Assembly: GCA_951406725.2 (NCBI GenBank) | Contig: OX597831.1 | Location: 30,566,001-30,630,000 of the forward strand | Direction: 5' to 3' | Source of the DNA: Octopus vulgaris | Taxonomy: Eukaryota | Length of the DNA: 64,000 nt | In this document: positions 24,756 to 39,519 of the stretch, piece by piece | Position numbering within the stretch: position 1 is the stretch's first letter | Layout of the letters: every line of letters starts with the position of its first letter | Notes under the pieces: generated by a model | The model's database searches: none | What the model was told of the DNA's origin: nothing | Seen by the model: the letters and a program-made list of their open reading frames with translations, nothing else | Translations under genes and position numbers: made by a program

Positions 24756-25260
24756 TTGTGCATATATAGTTTCATCTAGTGATATGTAAGTATATATCCG
24801 GACATGTGTACTGAAAGCAGTAATTGTATGTAAGATTACACCCAAAAACACACACATACACACAAACACTCAACTACGCACGCAAACGCACGCACCCGCA
24901 CACACACACACACACACACGGAAACACACACATAAACACGCATGCGCGATCATGCAACACATGCACGCATTTATTACTAGAAAACAGTGGAAAAAATTAG
25001 GAAATAAATCTGCTGAACGTGTATAGAACGTAATGATTTTGATTGAGTACTTGATTAGGAAACAATTATTTCTTATTAACCCATTTAAGCAATATATATC
25101 TCTATTTCAACTTCCTGAGCCATATGGTATGACCTCGTAGATCAACTGGGCTTCCGATCTCGTTATTATCTAAGATATGCTTATTAACGTACGCGTTACT
25201 AAGAGTTATCTATGAAGACGTGTACATGAATACATGGACGTGTTTCTCTGTAGGACAATC

Positions 25261-25474
25261 TACTCTTTTTACTGTTACTTGTTTCAGTCATTTGACAGTG
25301 GTCATGCTGGAGCACCACCTTTAGTCGAGCAAATCGACCCCAGAGCTTATTCTTTGTAAGCCTAGTACTTACTTTTTGGCCGAACCGCTAAGTTACGGGG
25401 ACGTAAACACATCAGCATCGGTTGTCAAGCGATGTTGGGGGTGACAAACACAGACACACAAGCATACACACACA

Positions 25475-25537
<63 letters not shown>

Positions 25538-25850
25538 TCTTTGTAAGCCTAGTACTTATTCTATCGGTCTCTTTTGCCGAACCGCTAAGTTACGGGGACG
25601 TAAACACACCAGCATCGGTTGTCAAGCGATGTTGGGGGGACGAAGACAGACACACAAACATATATATATATATATATATATATATACGACGGGCTTCTTT
25701 CAGTTTCCGTCTACCAAATCCACTCAGAAAGCTTTGGTCGGCCCGAGGCTATAGTGGAAGACACTTGGCCAAGGTGCCACGCAGTGGGACTGAACCCGGA
25801 ACCATGTGGTTGGTAAGCAAGCTACTTACCACACAGCCACTCCTACGCCT
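25261..25850 (-). mobile_element. SINE family A with an internal tandem duplication of about 190 bp
   Basis: The block ttctttgtaagcctagtactta..gtcaagcgatgttgggg..(CA)n(TA)n occurs twice (about 25350 and 25538). Confidence 0.9.
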
Positions 25851-25928
25851 GTTAGTTTCTTCTTTATATACGCATACGCACATATATTTATACACTTACA
25901 TGCGTGTACAAAATTTTTCCTTCCTTCT

Positions 25929-26313
25929 GGATGGAAGCACTCCGTTGGTTACGACGATGAGGGTTCCGGTTGATCTGATCAACGGAACAGCCTGCTCGTG
26001 AAATTAACGTGTAAATGGCTGAGCACTCCACAGACACGTGTACCCTTAACGTAGTTCTCGGGGATATTCAGCGTGACACAGAGAGTGACAAGGCCGGCCT
26101 TTGAAATACAGGTACAACAGAAACAGGAAGTAAGAGTGAGAGAAAGTTGTGGTGAAAGAGTACAGCAGGGATCACCACCATCCCTGCCGGAGCCTCGTGG
26201 AGCTTTAGGTGTTTTCGCTCAATAAACACTCACAACGCCCGGTCTGGGAATCGAAACCGCAATCCTACGACCGCGAGTCCGCTGCCCTAACCACTGGGCC
26301 ATTGCGCCTCCAC
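25929..26313 (-). mobile_element. SINE family C, tail type 1, full length
   Basis: TSD ttccttccttct at 25917-25928 and 26314-26325; head with A and B boxes and a TCG (Arg-like) anticodon region. Confidence 0.92.
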
Positions 26314-26325
26314 TTCCTTCCTTCT

Positions 26326-26789
<464 letters not shown>

Positions 26790-27054
26790 TATATACATAC
26801 ATACATACATACATATATATATATATATCTATATCTATATATATATAATAATAATAATAATAATAGTAATAATATAAATAATATATAAATATATGCATAT
26901 ATACATACATATATGTATATACCTACATATATATGTATTTATATACATGCATATATGGGTACAGGACATCAAAAAACGTTGGACACTATGAGAAACTAAA
27001 CCATAAAAACAGACAGACAGATAGATAGAAATATAGAAAGACAAATAGACAGGT

Positions 27055-27072
27055 AGATAGATAGATAGATAT

Positions 27073-27144
<72 letters not shown>

Positions 27145-27297
27145 GTAGGTAGGTAGATTGATAGATTCGTGTGTATGTGTATGGAAAATGGTTATATATA
27201 CAAATTAAGCTAATCAGTACGCTAATATTTTCACAGCAGCATTAATTTCGAATGGAAATAGCATTAACTTCACCTTTCTAAACTAGTAACCAATTAC

Positions 27298-27359
<62 letters not shown>

Positions 27360-27419
27360 AAGTGTGTGTGTGTGTGTGTGGTGTGTGTGGTGTATGTGTG
27401 CGAGCGTGTGTGTGCGCGC

Positions 27420-27465
<46 letters not shown>
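27055..27465. repeat. (TAGA)n and (TG)n microsatellites
   Basis: Seen directly (about 27055-27145 and 27300-27465). Confidence 0.95.
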
Positions 27466-27466
<1 letters not shown>

Positions 27467-27945
27467 CGTCTGTGTATTTGTGTGTTTGTTAATCAAAGTA
27501 TACATTATTGCAGATCCGTTACAGCCGATCGTAACCCATTTTTCCACACCTGCCACCTCTGAAGACCACAGTTACTGGATAACCTTCTAGTTGTGTTATA
27601 TCCGGTACGAAAGGAATTCATATTATCGGCGGCAATGCATATATAATAATGTATAATACACTAAACTCATACACTCATACATTGAATTAAACACCAATTC
27701 TATCGAGAAATATACGAGTGGCTCTTTTGTTGATTCAAACATGTTTAGAGAATGTACACATATACAGACAGGCACACACGAACACATACACACACACACA
27801 TACACAAATATATATATATATATTTGTATATATATATATATCTATATGTTTACATCTATCTATATATATATATGTGTTTATATGTATATATATATATATA
27901 TAAATATGCTTATTTATGTGTGTATATGTATATACATATGCATAT

Positions 27946-28016
<71 letters not shown>

Positions 28017-28090
28017 TGTGTGTGTGCGTGTGTGTGTATGTAATGTATGTATATGGTAAATGAAAGACGGAAGATGGAATTTTATTATTA

Positions 28091-28196
28091 ATCACGACAA
28101 TTGTTTCGACACATCTAGCATCGTTCTCTTATGAGTGGGACACTTAACAACTGGTTCGGCAGCAACCGGCGGTGCAGATATATCTCATCGGGTGAT
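28091..28196 (-). ncRNA. Type I hammerhead-like motif with a long stem II insertion (U4C core change)
   Basis: AUCAC [CCGAUGA] GAUAUAUCU...AGAUGUGUC [GAAA] CAAUUG UC^ GUGAU: 5-bp stem I, 9-bp stem II, palindromic stem III. Confidence 0.6.
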
Positions 28197-28426
28197 AAAT
28201 AAATATGTTGAAATAACTGTTTCGCAATGCATCTTATTTCGTAGAAAGAAAAGCAGCAAAATAAAGGAAATATCTTCATTTATACAGAAGATCAAAAATA
28301 AAATGCAAAAATGAAACGAACACGCAATACAGCAAGAAAAGTATACAGAGCGTGAGATATGCAAACACAGCCCCCTATATACCTCTCTCTCTCTCGCTCT
28401 CTCTATCTTTCTCTCTCTCCCTCTCC

Positions 28427-28459
<33 letters not shown>

Positions 28460-28624
28460 AAATATAAATTAGAGATTAAAATCACTATTATGCAACTATG
28501 CAACTCAAGCAGTGATAGACATAAACCATAAATAAATATATATTTTGTAAAACATAAAACTAGATCTCAAAATGTATAAAAATGAATGATCAATATATAA
28601 TAAGTATTATGCATTTATATATAT

Positions 28625-28711
<87 letters not shown>

Positions 28712-28764
28712 GTTGATTATGTACGTCTATATAAACATATCTATATGAGATAGCTAGATTAGAC

Positions 28765-28827
<63 letters not shown>

Positions 28828-29139
28828 CAGAGATAGACTGAGATATAAGATTTAGCTGGAACGTACAAATTGGACATCATGTTTCGGTTAGAGCTTTTCA
28901 GATTTCCGAATTAGTCTAAAGTACACAGGAAATTTGATAGTAAACAGATACGACAGCACTGATGTGAAATGAAGTAAAACAAACTCACGAACACGATTAC
29001 AAAACCTAAGTTGCATAAACGTCGTATAAATATGTAATAAACGTATTCACATTATATTATTATATTACATACTTTTACAGGATTTGCTACAAGATTTCTA
29101 AAACCAATTTTTTTTTACACAAACACATTGACGCTTATA

Positions 29140-29227
<88 letters not shown>

Positions 29228-29520
29228 AGTATGTATATTTGCATTTATATTAGGTTTACATATACATATATGTATGTATATATATATGTATGTATATTAG
29301 ATGTACATATATATATATATATATATATATGTGAACATATATCTACACATAGGTACATATATGTTTGTGTGTAGATGTGTGTGAATCTAAGAAGGAAATA
29401 TTTTGCATAAAATTAAAATTTATTGAACCTCCTGTATTTTCTTTTACCCAAAGCTAGGAAGTTCTCAGCACTATCTCATATATATGTATATAATGTATAT
29501 GTTTGTATAATTATGTATGT

Positions 29521-29590
<70 letters not shown>

Positions 29591-29649
29591 TTATTAATCC
29601 GATATATACTTATTAAAGCGATCTCAAGATATAACTTTATATTTTGTAA

Positions 29650-29690
<41 letters not shown>

Positions 29691-30767
29691 TACAATATAT
29701 ATATATATATATGTATGTATATATGAATATATATATGTATATATATATATGTATGTATTTATGTATGTATGCATGTATGTAAGTATATATATATACAGAG
29801 AAAGAAAGAGAAAGAGAGAGAGAGTGAGAGAGAGAGAAAGAGAGAACTAGAGATATACTTATCAAAAGCTAAATAATATACGCCATATAAACGAGAATGT
29901 GTTCCAACAACACACCAAGCGCGCGACAACGACTCTCGAAACTTGAGCATATTACATGTCAAAACCCCTCACTTTCGATTATATTAAAGTGGTAATGGAT
30001 ACCCCCTGCAACAAATTAGGCCATTTTTAGTACCTCTTACGTAAACACCATAAGTATTTTACCTATTTTATCGAAAACAGGACGAACCACAATATCCAAT
30101 AATAACCTATAGAATGCTATCCCCTCTTGAAGAACAGCACTCTGCATAAATCTAATATACATTTGTCATTCCAAAGAAAGTGTTTACATAATGGCTTATT
30201 ATCTGTAAATTACTTCACCAGGCTAAAATTACTTTCTCGAGATTGAACAATTTACAACCAGATTAATAGAAAAGGTTTGATGACACCATAACAAGTGTAA
30301 CATAAAGTAAGTACTGTCATTGTATTTATTGGGTTTTAAGTCTAATTCCACCTGTGACGAAAAGGCCAGAAAATACTACAGTTGATTACTCGAAGATAAT
30401 AAAGAAATAATGACAACCAGAAGACCGCGAATTCAGCTAATTTAAGCTAAAACAACATTTACATATTCGCTTATATATGTATGCATTTACACACACACAC
30501 GCACGCTCGCACACACACACATATGCAAGATGTAGGTATGATGTGTGTATTATGTAGTTAATATGCATATGTATATATACATGCATATGCAAATGTATGC
30601 CTATATATATATTTGTTATACTTTAGTGTTTATGCGCATACACATATGCATGTGTATCTGCATGAATAAATAGATAGGTATGCATATATACACGTGTCTA
30701 TATGTGTGTGCATGCATACATACAAATGCATACGTGTGATTGTATGTCTCTCTCTCTCTCTCTCTCT

Positions 30768-30827
<60 letters not shown>

Positions 30828-31334
30828 GCACACACACACATATACGTATTTATATATATATATGTATACATGTACACATATATACGTATATATATATATA
30901 TATATATACATACTACACACACACACACAGAAAGATATGTACATGGACACATGCACACACACACACAATCACATGCAGATTTATACTGAAAGGAAATTAG
31001 AAGGACATTACAATGAAAACGTCAAGTCCCAACACAATAGACACCGTATAGTCACTTGGGATGTAAACCAAAACTGATACAGTATCATGGAAGACAATTG
31101 TCTCGCGAGGGTGAAAGATTCATCGAAGTTACAAGAATGAAGATAGTTATTAGATATTAGCTTCCATTTTATTCACTTCTTTTAGACTTTTCTCCAACTA
31201 CAAAAATCATGACAGAAGTAAATAGACACCCCATAACGCATCGTTTTATGTTTGTATTAGCTTGTAAAGGTTCACATTTTTTTTTATTAATTGACAATTT
31301 TATGTTTCAGGTTCTATATGTGACTGTATAATCC

Positions 31335-32895
31335 TGCCATGTACAAAAGAAGCCTTGGAACTGTCTGAATTTCAAAGAGCCCGTATTGTGGGTCATTCTG
31401 AAGGGTAAAATCGCAGAAGACCTTGGGATCCCGCTTTCTATAGTTAATAGAGGGATTGTGCAATTTACCAGAGATGTGAAGGAAGCCACTTCTTCGACCA
31501 GCCAACATCAAGTGGAGGAAAGCTTATGCCGGTGAGATGGGGGAGAAGCCACTAGCATTTTGGGACAGTGTCATATTCTCTGATGAGACCAGATTTGCTG
31601 TATTTTCTGAAGGTGGTCGAGTGTGGAGCTGGAGACTGTGATCAAGAATTTGATGGAAAAAGGTTGCAGCCAACAACGAAACACGGTAGCTATTCTGTGA
31701 TGGTCTGGGGAGCAATTTGTAGCAACGGTTGATCAGAGCTGGTGGAGTGTGAGGGAAACATTAACTCAGATAAATATGTGCCTATATTGCAAAAAGAACT
31801 CCTTCCAATCTTCTGTGGTGAAATGATTAAAGAGGACTTTTAATTTATGGAAGATGGGGTTCCTTGTCACACGGCTAAAATGACCCTAGATTTCTTGGAT
31901 GAGAGTGATATTAAAAATTTTCCAAGGCCAGGCCAGTCGCGAGATATGAACCCTGTTGAACACCTCTGGAACATGATGGAGAGAAGACTTTTTCCTATTG
32001 CGGCGTCTCTTAAGTTATATTATTTATTTAGGCTTTCCTCTGAGTAAGGGAAAATATAATGATTTATCGTCACTTATACTAAAGTGTTATCATTGTATCT
32101 TTAACCCTAACTGCAGTTGTAACGTCATATAGACATATACGCATGGAACGCTAACTCAATGACCATGTATGTTGAATATTTTAATCGTGTCCTTTAAACC
32201 GCTAAAAGAAACATAAAACAAAGATTACAGAAATGCATATTTATCTATGCTCAGTTGAAAAACAAACGAAGAGAAACATTTTCTTTTTAATTATTTATTT
32301 ATATAAATATAACATTTTATATTTATTTACAAGAAGAAAGATAACTTAGTCGTGAAGAAAAACGACTTTAAATTCCTTAGCTAATTTCTTTTTCTATCTA
32401 ATACGTTAACCAACAAATCAAAATAGATTTGTGATTAACGTAGACATGGCATAAAAATTTACCGATTTCTCCAAAAGAGTGAGTGTCGTGGAGTTGAATG
32501 ACTACCGAACGAACACTAAAGTCTCTCCTCAAATCCAGGGTTTTTATAACTGCTCAACCTGATCAAAAAGAATCGAAATTCAGGACAAACATTCTTTTCG
32601 AAACTTTTAGAATCTTTATATGAGCAGTTACACTAACCAATGGGAAAAGAACGAAAATGACAATTCCTCGGCAAAGACATTACGTCATATTGCCAATTCG
32701 CGCCACATTTCAAAATGGCTAAAATGGCTATTGCTACAACTTCATAAAAAGAACACGAAAACATCTTCAAAGCCAGATCTTTTGAGATTATTGCATGAAA
32801 CTTGGCAAGCAATTCCGCAAGAGAATATTCGTCATCTGATCATTAACACGCCTAATAGGATCCTTACAATTAGGAATGCAAAGGTGATGTATACT
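31335..32895 (+). pseudogene. Tc1 transposase pseudogene, split at 31990/32743
   Basis: ELSEFQRARIVG..KIAEDLGIPLSIV (helix-turn-helix), FWDSVIFSDETRF, VMVWGAI, FMEDGVPCHTAK, PGQSRDMNPVEHLW, then LLHETWQAIPQENIRHLIINTPNR. Confidence 0.9.
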
Positions 32896-33127
32896 CTCTC
32901 TCTCTCTTTTACTCTTTTACTTGTTTCAGTCATTTGACTGCGGCCATGCTGGAGCACCGCCTTTAGTCGAGCAAATCGACCCCAGGACTTATTCTTTGTA
33001 AGCCCAGTACATATTCTATCGGTCTCTTTTGCCGAACCGCTAAGTAACGGGGACGTAAACACACCAGCATCGGTTGTCAAGCAATGCTAGGGGGACAACC
33101 ACAGACACACAAAGACACACACACACC

Positions 33128-33159
<32 letters not shown>

Positions 33160-33327
33160 TACGACAGGCTTCTTTTTCAGTTTCCGTCTACCAAATTCAC
33201 TCACAAGGCATTGGTCGGCCCGGGGCTATAGCAGAAGACACTTGCCCAAGATGCCACGCAGTGGGACTGAACCCGGAACCATGTGGTTGGTTAGCAAGCT
33301 ACTTACCACACAGCCACTCCTGCGCCT
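32896..33327 (-). mobile_element. SINE family A inserted in the last codons of the Tc1 ORF
   Basis: Full-length consensus match. Confidence 0.93.
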
Positions 33328-33449
33328 AAATATTATATATTCACATTATAACAATGAATAAATAATTTGAAGGTATAATTTCAGATGTAAATATATTTTA
33401 ACGATTATAAGGTTGTCTATTTACTTGTGTCATGTCTATGTATAAACCT

Positions 33450-33612
33450 TCCAGTTTCTGTAACTTGGCCATGTGGGGGCACCGTCTAGAAAGTTTTAGT
33501 CGAACAAGTCGACTCCAATACCTATTTTAAAATCTGATACTTTCTCTGTTTCTTTTTGCCAAAGTGCTAACTGACGGGGGACATAATCAAACCAACATTG
33601 GGTTTCAAGCAA
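33450..33612 (-). mobile_element. Old SINE family A 3' fragment
   Basis: ggccatgtgggggcaccg..ttagtcgaacaagtcgac..tttttgcc..caaaccaacattgggtttcaagc. Confidence 0.6.
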
Positions 33613-33726
33613 AGATCCTTAATTGACTTTTCGGAAATATCTATGTAAACAAAATAGTAAATGTATCTTGTTGTAGATCGGTTTAGGATTGCACAGACAC
33701 ACAGACACACACTCACACGCGCACAC

Positions 33727-33779
<53 letters not shown>

Positions 33780-33886
33780 ACACACACACGCACGCACACA
33801 AGTCTGTGTGTTTGTGTAGAGATAAATTAGTTTATACATAGATATAGATATAAATATATGCATCTGTATATCTATCAGCATATACT

Positions 33887-33955
<69 letters not shown>

Positions 33956-33980
33956 GTATATGCATATGTATATGTAAATG

Positions 33981-34094
<114 letters not shown>

Positions 34095-34851
34095 CACATG
34101 TATAAACACACGGATATATTCATATCTATATATATTGCATACATTTGCGTATATACATATAGATATTTATATATATATATATATTTGTGTGTGTGTGTGT
34201 GCGTGTATGTTTATGTGTGTGTGTGTATACAATATATATATATATGGATATATTCGAGCGCATTTATACATACATATATGTGTTTAATACAATTCCTACA
34301 TGCGGCTGCGCTCGGGACCAGTGTATGAATGTGTGTATCAATGTATTTCTGTTATGTATGAATATCGTTTCCTTAATTTCAATCATCGTCTGCTTACTCG
34401 CCTCCGGCAATACATTTATTTATTTATTTATTTGTATATTTATTTATTTATTTCTGTTTCCATTCTTTTCAGCATTTACTTCTTTTCCATTTTTATTTTT
34501 ACTAGTTTAGCAGAAATAAATCGAAAAGTGACAAGCACGCAACTACATACTAAGTTGGCTTGTCAGCCTCTATTAACAAGCCACGTCTCTGCATGTTCTC
34601 TAACAATTAAAATCTTATACTTTACTATTACTGTTATTTGGACTTTCTCGTAATGTTGTTTTCTCATTTTGATTTCCTTTTCTATCTTCTTTGTTGTGTT
34701 TTATTTCCCCCATTAATCCATGGTTGCACTCACCTAGCTAATAATCCTGTCACCCGACTATCTATGCAGCTAAACACTAGCTAAATCCTACTCATATAAC
34801 AACCCATTGTAGAGCGAGGTAACAAGTGAAATCATCGAATTCCTCTTTACA

Positions 34852-34956
<105 letters not shown>

Positions 34957-35004
34957 GTATACATATGTATATATATGTATGTATGTACGTATCTATAACT
35001 ATAT

Positions 35005-35400
35005 TCTTTTACTCTTTTACTTGTTTCAGTCATTTGACTGTAGCCATGCTGGAGCACCGCCTTTAGTCGAGCAAATCGACACCAGGACTTATTCTTTGTA
35101 AGACTAGTACTTATTCTATCGGTATCTTTTGCCGAACCGCTAAGTTACGGGGACGTAAAATTACCAGCATCGGTTGTCTAGCGATGTTGGGAGGACAAAC
35201 ACAGACATACAAATATGTATGTATACATATACAAATACATATATACGACAGGCTTCTTTCAGTTTCCGTCTACCAAATCCACCCACAAGGCTTTGGTCGG
35301 CCCGAGGCTATAGTAGAAGACACTTGCCACAGTGCCACGCAGTGGGACTGAACCCGGAACCATGTGGTTGGTTAGCAAGCTACTTACCACACAGCCACTC
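35005..35400 (-). mobile_element. SINE family A
   Basis: Consensus match. Confidence 0.92.
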
Positions 35401-35738
35401 TGACCTTATGCATACATACATATGTGTGTATTTGTGTCCATGTATGTAATATTTATATGTGTGTGTGTAAGAGTTTATGTGTGTGTCATAAATCCTGATC
35501 TAATTGTACACATACACACATGCAGATTATATATATTTATATATGTCTTAAAATCACGACATATGTAATTATGTGTGTATAAGATGATTTAAATCAGGTA
35601 TTCATAGAAGCAGGTTTATATTTCTACTTACGTAACTCGGTATCCATTTACAAACGCAAACCTGACTATTTGTAAAGGTGTGTATTTAAATAGGCATATT
35701 TACAATATCTGTATAATTTGTGCTCATGTATACAGGCA

Positions 35739-35823
<85 letters not shown>

Positions 35824-35865
35824 GTCTGTCTGTCTATGTGTATGTGGGTATGTGTGTATATGTGC

Positions 35866-35919
<54 letters not shown>

Positions 35920-35995
35920 ATGTATATAAGCAAACGCACATATATTTATGTATTTATATATGTTCAAATATATGCATATGTGTGTGTATATGTGC

Positions 35996-36066
<71 letters not shown>

Positions 36067-36483
36067 AAGTATGTATGTGTAAATCTGAATAGTTATACTC
36101 TTATTTTGTTTCATTTCTTGAATCCAGATTTGATATTCAGGTAATTTTTTTCTCTGAGCAAACATCCCAAATATCTATCTGATCCATTTCTTTGACGATA
36201 AAACTGACTTTAATCTGATATCTTGATTGTATTTGGTTGCCGTATGAGAATGGCTTAAGCAAACAGATAAAAATTCAACCCAGAAACAGTATTCTGATTC
36301 GGAAAAGATCTAACTTCTTTCCCATTCACTCATTCCTTTTACCTATCTTCCTGTCTTTTCCCTTTGCATTCTCGTTTTCCCTTTCATTTTTGTATTTGTC
36401 TATCGTTATTCCCCTCTTCATGGTATTCTTCTCTTAGTCTATCTTTCTCTCTGTTTCTCCTCCTCTCCCCCGCCTCTCTCACA

Positions 36484-36655
<172 letters not shown>

Positions 36656-36746
36656 TTATCTTGCCATCTAACATTAGCTAATGTTTTCGTCAATTTGCAG
36701 TACTGAGCTCAAAATAGTCTGTCAGTGACGTATAACTGATTTAAAA

Positions 36747-36959
36747 CAGTGTTTTCCAGCCATTTTTTGCCTATAGACCCGGAGAGAGCCCCAAACGTTT
36801 GCGATGTTTAAAAATCCTATTATGTTTTTATAATAAAATATTATTAGAAATTGTATAAAAAAGATTGTTAAAACATATTGTGTGTTATAGAATACAACCA
36901 ATTTATTGCCAGTAAATTTAGCAACAAAATCTCATACGGATTCCGGTTGGGAACCACTG
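36747..36959. mobile_element. hAT-type MITE
   Basis: Imperfect TIRs cagtgttttccagcc / ggttgggaaccactg; degenerate 8-bp flanks atttaaaa / gttcaaaa. Confidence 0.65.
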
Positions 36960-37340
36960 GTTCAAAACGATATTTGATTTAAGCTGGATCCAGAAAAATA
37001 AATAAATACATGAAAACCGAATCAAATTGCTGTTTCTGAACCTTTAGCGGAGATGTGATCAAAGGCGTTCCAGCCATTACAGCTCTTTAAGAGTTCCGTT
37101 TGCAAGACAGTAGTCTTCGAATAGGCCCATGTAACATGGAGCATCTGGTGGGTGATAAGTGGTACATATATCTATATCGAGTTGTCGTCATATATGTACA
37201 GTTAGTGTTTCACACACCGTGTTTCAGTATGACAAAATGATCTGAAACGTGAAGTCTTCACGAGTGTACTTGGCAGCTCCACTATGACTCCTCTACAAGT
37301 ATGCATATCGTGAAGTAAATGTTGTAAATATACAAAGATA

Positions 37341-37555
37341 TACTCTTTACTCTTTTACTCTTTTACTTGTTTCAGTCATTTGACTGCGGCCATGCTGGAG
37401 CACCACCTCGATCCCGGGACTTATTCTTTTTTAAGCCCAGTACTTATTCTATCGGTCTCTTTTGCCGAACCGCTAAGTAACGGGGGACATAAACACACCA
37501 GCATCGGTTGTCAAGCAATGCCAGGGGGACAAACACACTCACACAAACACACACA

Positions 37556-37599
<44 letters not shown>

Positions 37600-37766
37600 T
37601 ACGACGGGCTTCTTTCAGTTTTCGTCTACCAAATCCATTCACAAGGCTTTGGTCGGCCCGAGGCTACAGTAGAAGACACTTGCCCAAGGTGCCACGCAGT
37701 GGGACTGAACCCGGAACCATTTGGCTGGTAAACAAGCTACTTACCACACAGCCACTCCTGCGCCTA
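37341..37766 (-). mobile_element. SINE family A
   Basis: Consensus match with a (tactcttt)n tail. Confidence 0.92.
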
Positions 37767-38419
37767 TATATGCTTACCTAGTGCAAACATTATCTTATAT
37801 AAACTCAAATTGTTGGGGAGAGTCGACAAATATTTTAATTATATCAAACATTTGGCAGTGGACTTCCGTCCAGGTTGAGCTGTTCGCGTGAATTGCTGCA
37901 CCCCGCTCCTGGGATGAAACCCAGAATTGACTGTTAACGTTTGACGTTAATACACGCAAATTGTAAGCTTAATTATTTTTCCGTAATTTATCTATAGACT
38001 TCAGAGTTAATCTTAGTTTATGCAAACAAACAAAAATCAACATAATATAGTTTGTAAGTGTTAGACTTTAGAGGAACTTTCTTATCTCGGTGCAACAAGT
38101 GGAGTGTAAGATTCTGAACCATCATCCGAGTGCGGTTTTGCAATAAACATGTGTAACATCACATAAATATGTGTACCAAATTTAAGAGAGGAAATTTAGA
38201 AATGCATGGTGAAGAGTATACTGTTGGAGTCTAGTATGTTGTGGCAACGTTATTAGAAAAACACGTTTTGTGTTTTGTCAGTTGGTGATGAGATAGATAA
38301 ATATACAGAAAAGGTAGGCAGACAGGTTGATAGACTGAAACTTAGGCAGGCGGACTGATTAAGACACACACACACATACACATATATGATGTATATATAT
38401 ATATAAATGTGTACGCGTG

Positions 38420-38456
<37 letters not shown>

Positions 38457-38510
38457 AAAAAAGAAGTTTGAAAACGCCACTATATTAGATAAATTTTAAT
38501 TTTCTTATGA

Positions 38511-38555
38511 ATTTTACATGTTTCGGTTCTTGAAAAAACGAACCTTATCAAAAAT
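38511..38555 (-). ncRNA. Minimal type I hammerhead motif, U3-A8 core variant
   Basis: AUUU [UUGAUAA] GGUUC-GUUUUUUCAA-GAACC [GAAA] CAUG UA^ AAAU: perfect 5-bp stem II, palindromic ACAUGU stem III, weak 4-bp stem I. Confidence 0.55.
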
Positions 38556-38658
38556 ATTATAAAAAGTGTAATAGAAAAGTTCATAATCATTTCTAACTGT
38601 TCTCAATAGAATCCATGTGGTGGTGTTTTGTCGGTAGTTGGTATAATTGTTATATTGT

Positions 38659-38749
<91 letters not shown>

Positions 38750-38775
38750 TGTATGTATGTATGTATGTATGTATG

Positions 38776-38824
<49 letters not shown>

Positions 38825-38825
38825 A

Positions 38826-38868
<43 letters not shown>

Positions 38869-39018
38869 ATCTATCTATATATATATATATATATATTCAT
38901 ACATATATATAGAGAGAGACAGAGAGAGAGAGAGGAGGACTGAGAGAGAAATGTTTGAGAAGTACGATTGAACGAAAAATTCAACAGTTGAGTCACACTG
39001 TAAGTTCTGTCGTTTAAT

Positions 39019-39235
39019 GATTTCAATATTAGGTACAAGGCTAGCAGTTTCGAGAATTAGAGTAACTCGATTAAATCGATCCCAGTGCCCAACAGATTCT
39101 TTTTTTTTTTTTATCGACCCTGAAAGGTTGACCGGCAACGTCGACCTCGTAATTTGAAGAGAGATCGTAAGGACGGACGAAATGGCGATAAGCAGTTTAT
39201 CCGTCGTACTAACGACTCTGCCAGCTCACCACCCT
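39019..39235 (-). mobile_element. SINE family B
   Basis: TSD agttctgtcg(t/a)ttaat at 39003-39018 and 39236-39251. Confidence 0.85.
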
Positions 39236-39308
39236 AGTTCTGTCGATTAATAATATATTAATATATTAATAAATTATATATATGCAGCTGTATAAAAATA
39301 CATGTAAG

Positions 39309-39365
39309 AGTGACTCGTACAATTGTAAGTGACTCGTACAATTGTAAGTGACTCGTACAATTGTA
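39309..39365. repeat. 19-bp tandem repeat x3 (agtgactcgtacaattgta)
   Basis: Three perfect copies. Confidence 0.95.
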
Positions 39366-39519
39366 TGCAAGTATGTGTTATCATGTACGTTCTCTTTTCT
39401 AGAGAGGTAGTTGTTTTGTCGTTTGAACGTCCACGTTGGCAATATTACGATGCTAACTCTTATACCATCCCCTTTTCCCCCTCTTCTGTATTGTTTCCCT
39501 CTATCTTCTTTCTCCTTTT

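Larger units (their letters stand above)
31201..33440 (+). mobile_element. Tc1-like transposon (DD34E) with both TIRs, carrying two nested insertions
   Basis: TA-flanked imperfect TIRs catgacagaagtaaatagacac / ttgtctatttacttgtgtcatg; transposase remnants inside. Confidence 0.85.

Noticed and set aside
27552-27633. gccacc-t-ctgaaga...gaaa...tc-ggcggc hammerhead-like layout (similar weak cases at about 28865, 37195-37270, 49610, 57375)
   Set aside because: Stems II and III do not close against the core; too degenerate to call without a family consensus.
37768-37790. TAG|GTAAGC on the minus strand as a second recursive site
   Set aside because: No real polypyrimidine tract, and it lies at a SINE insertion boundary.
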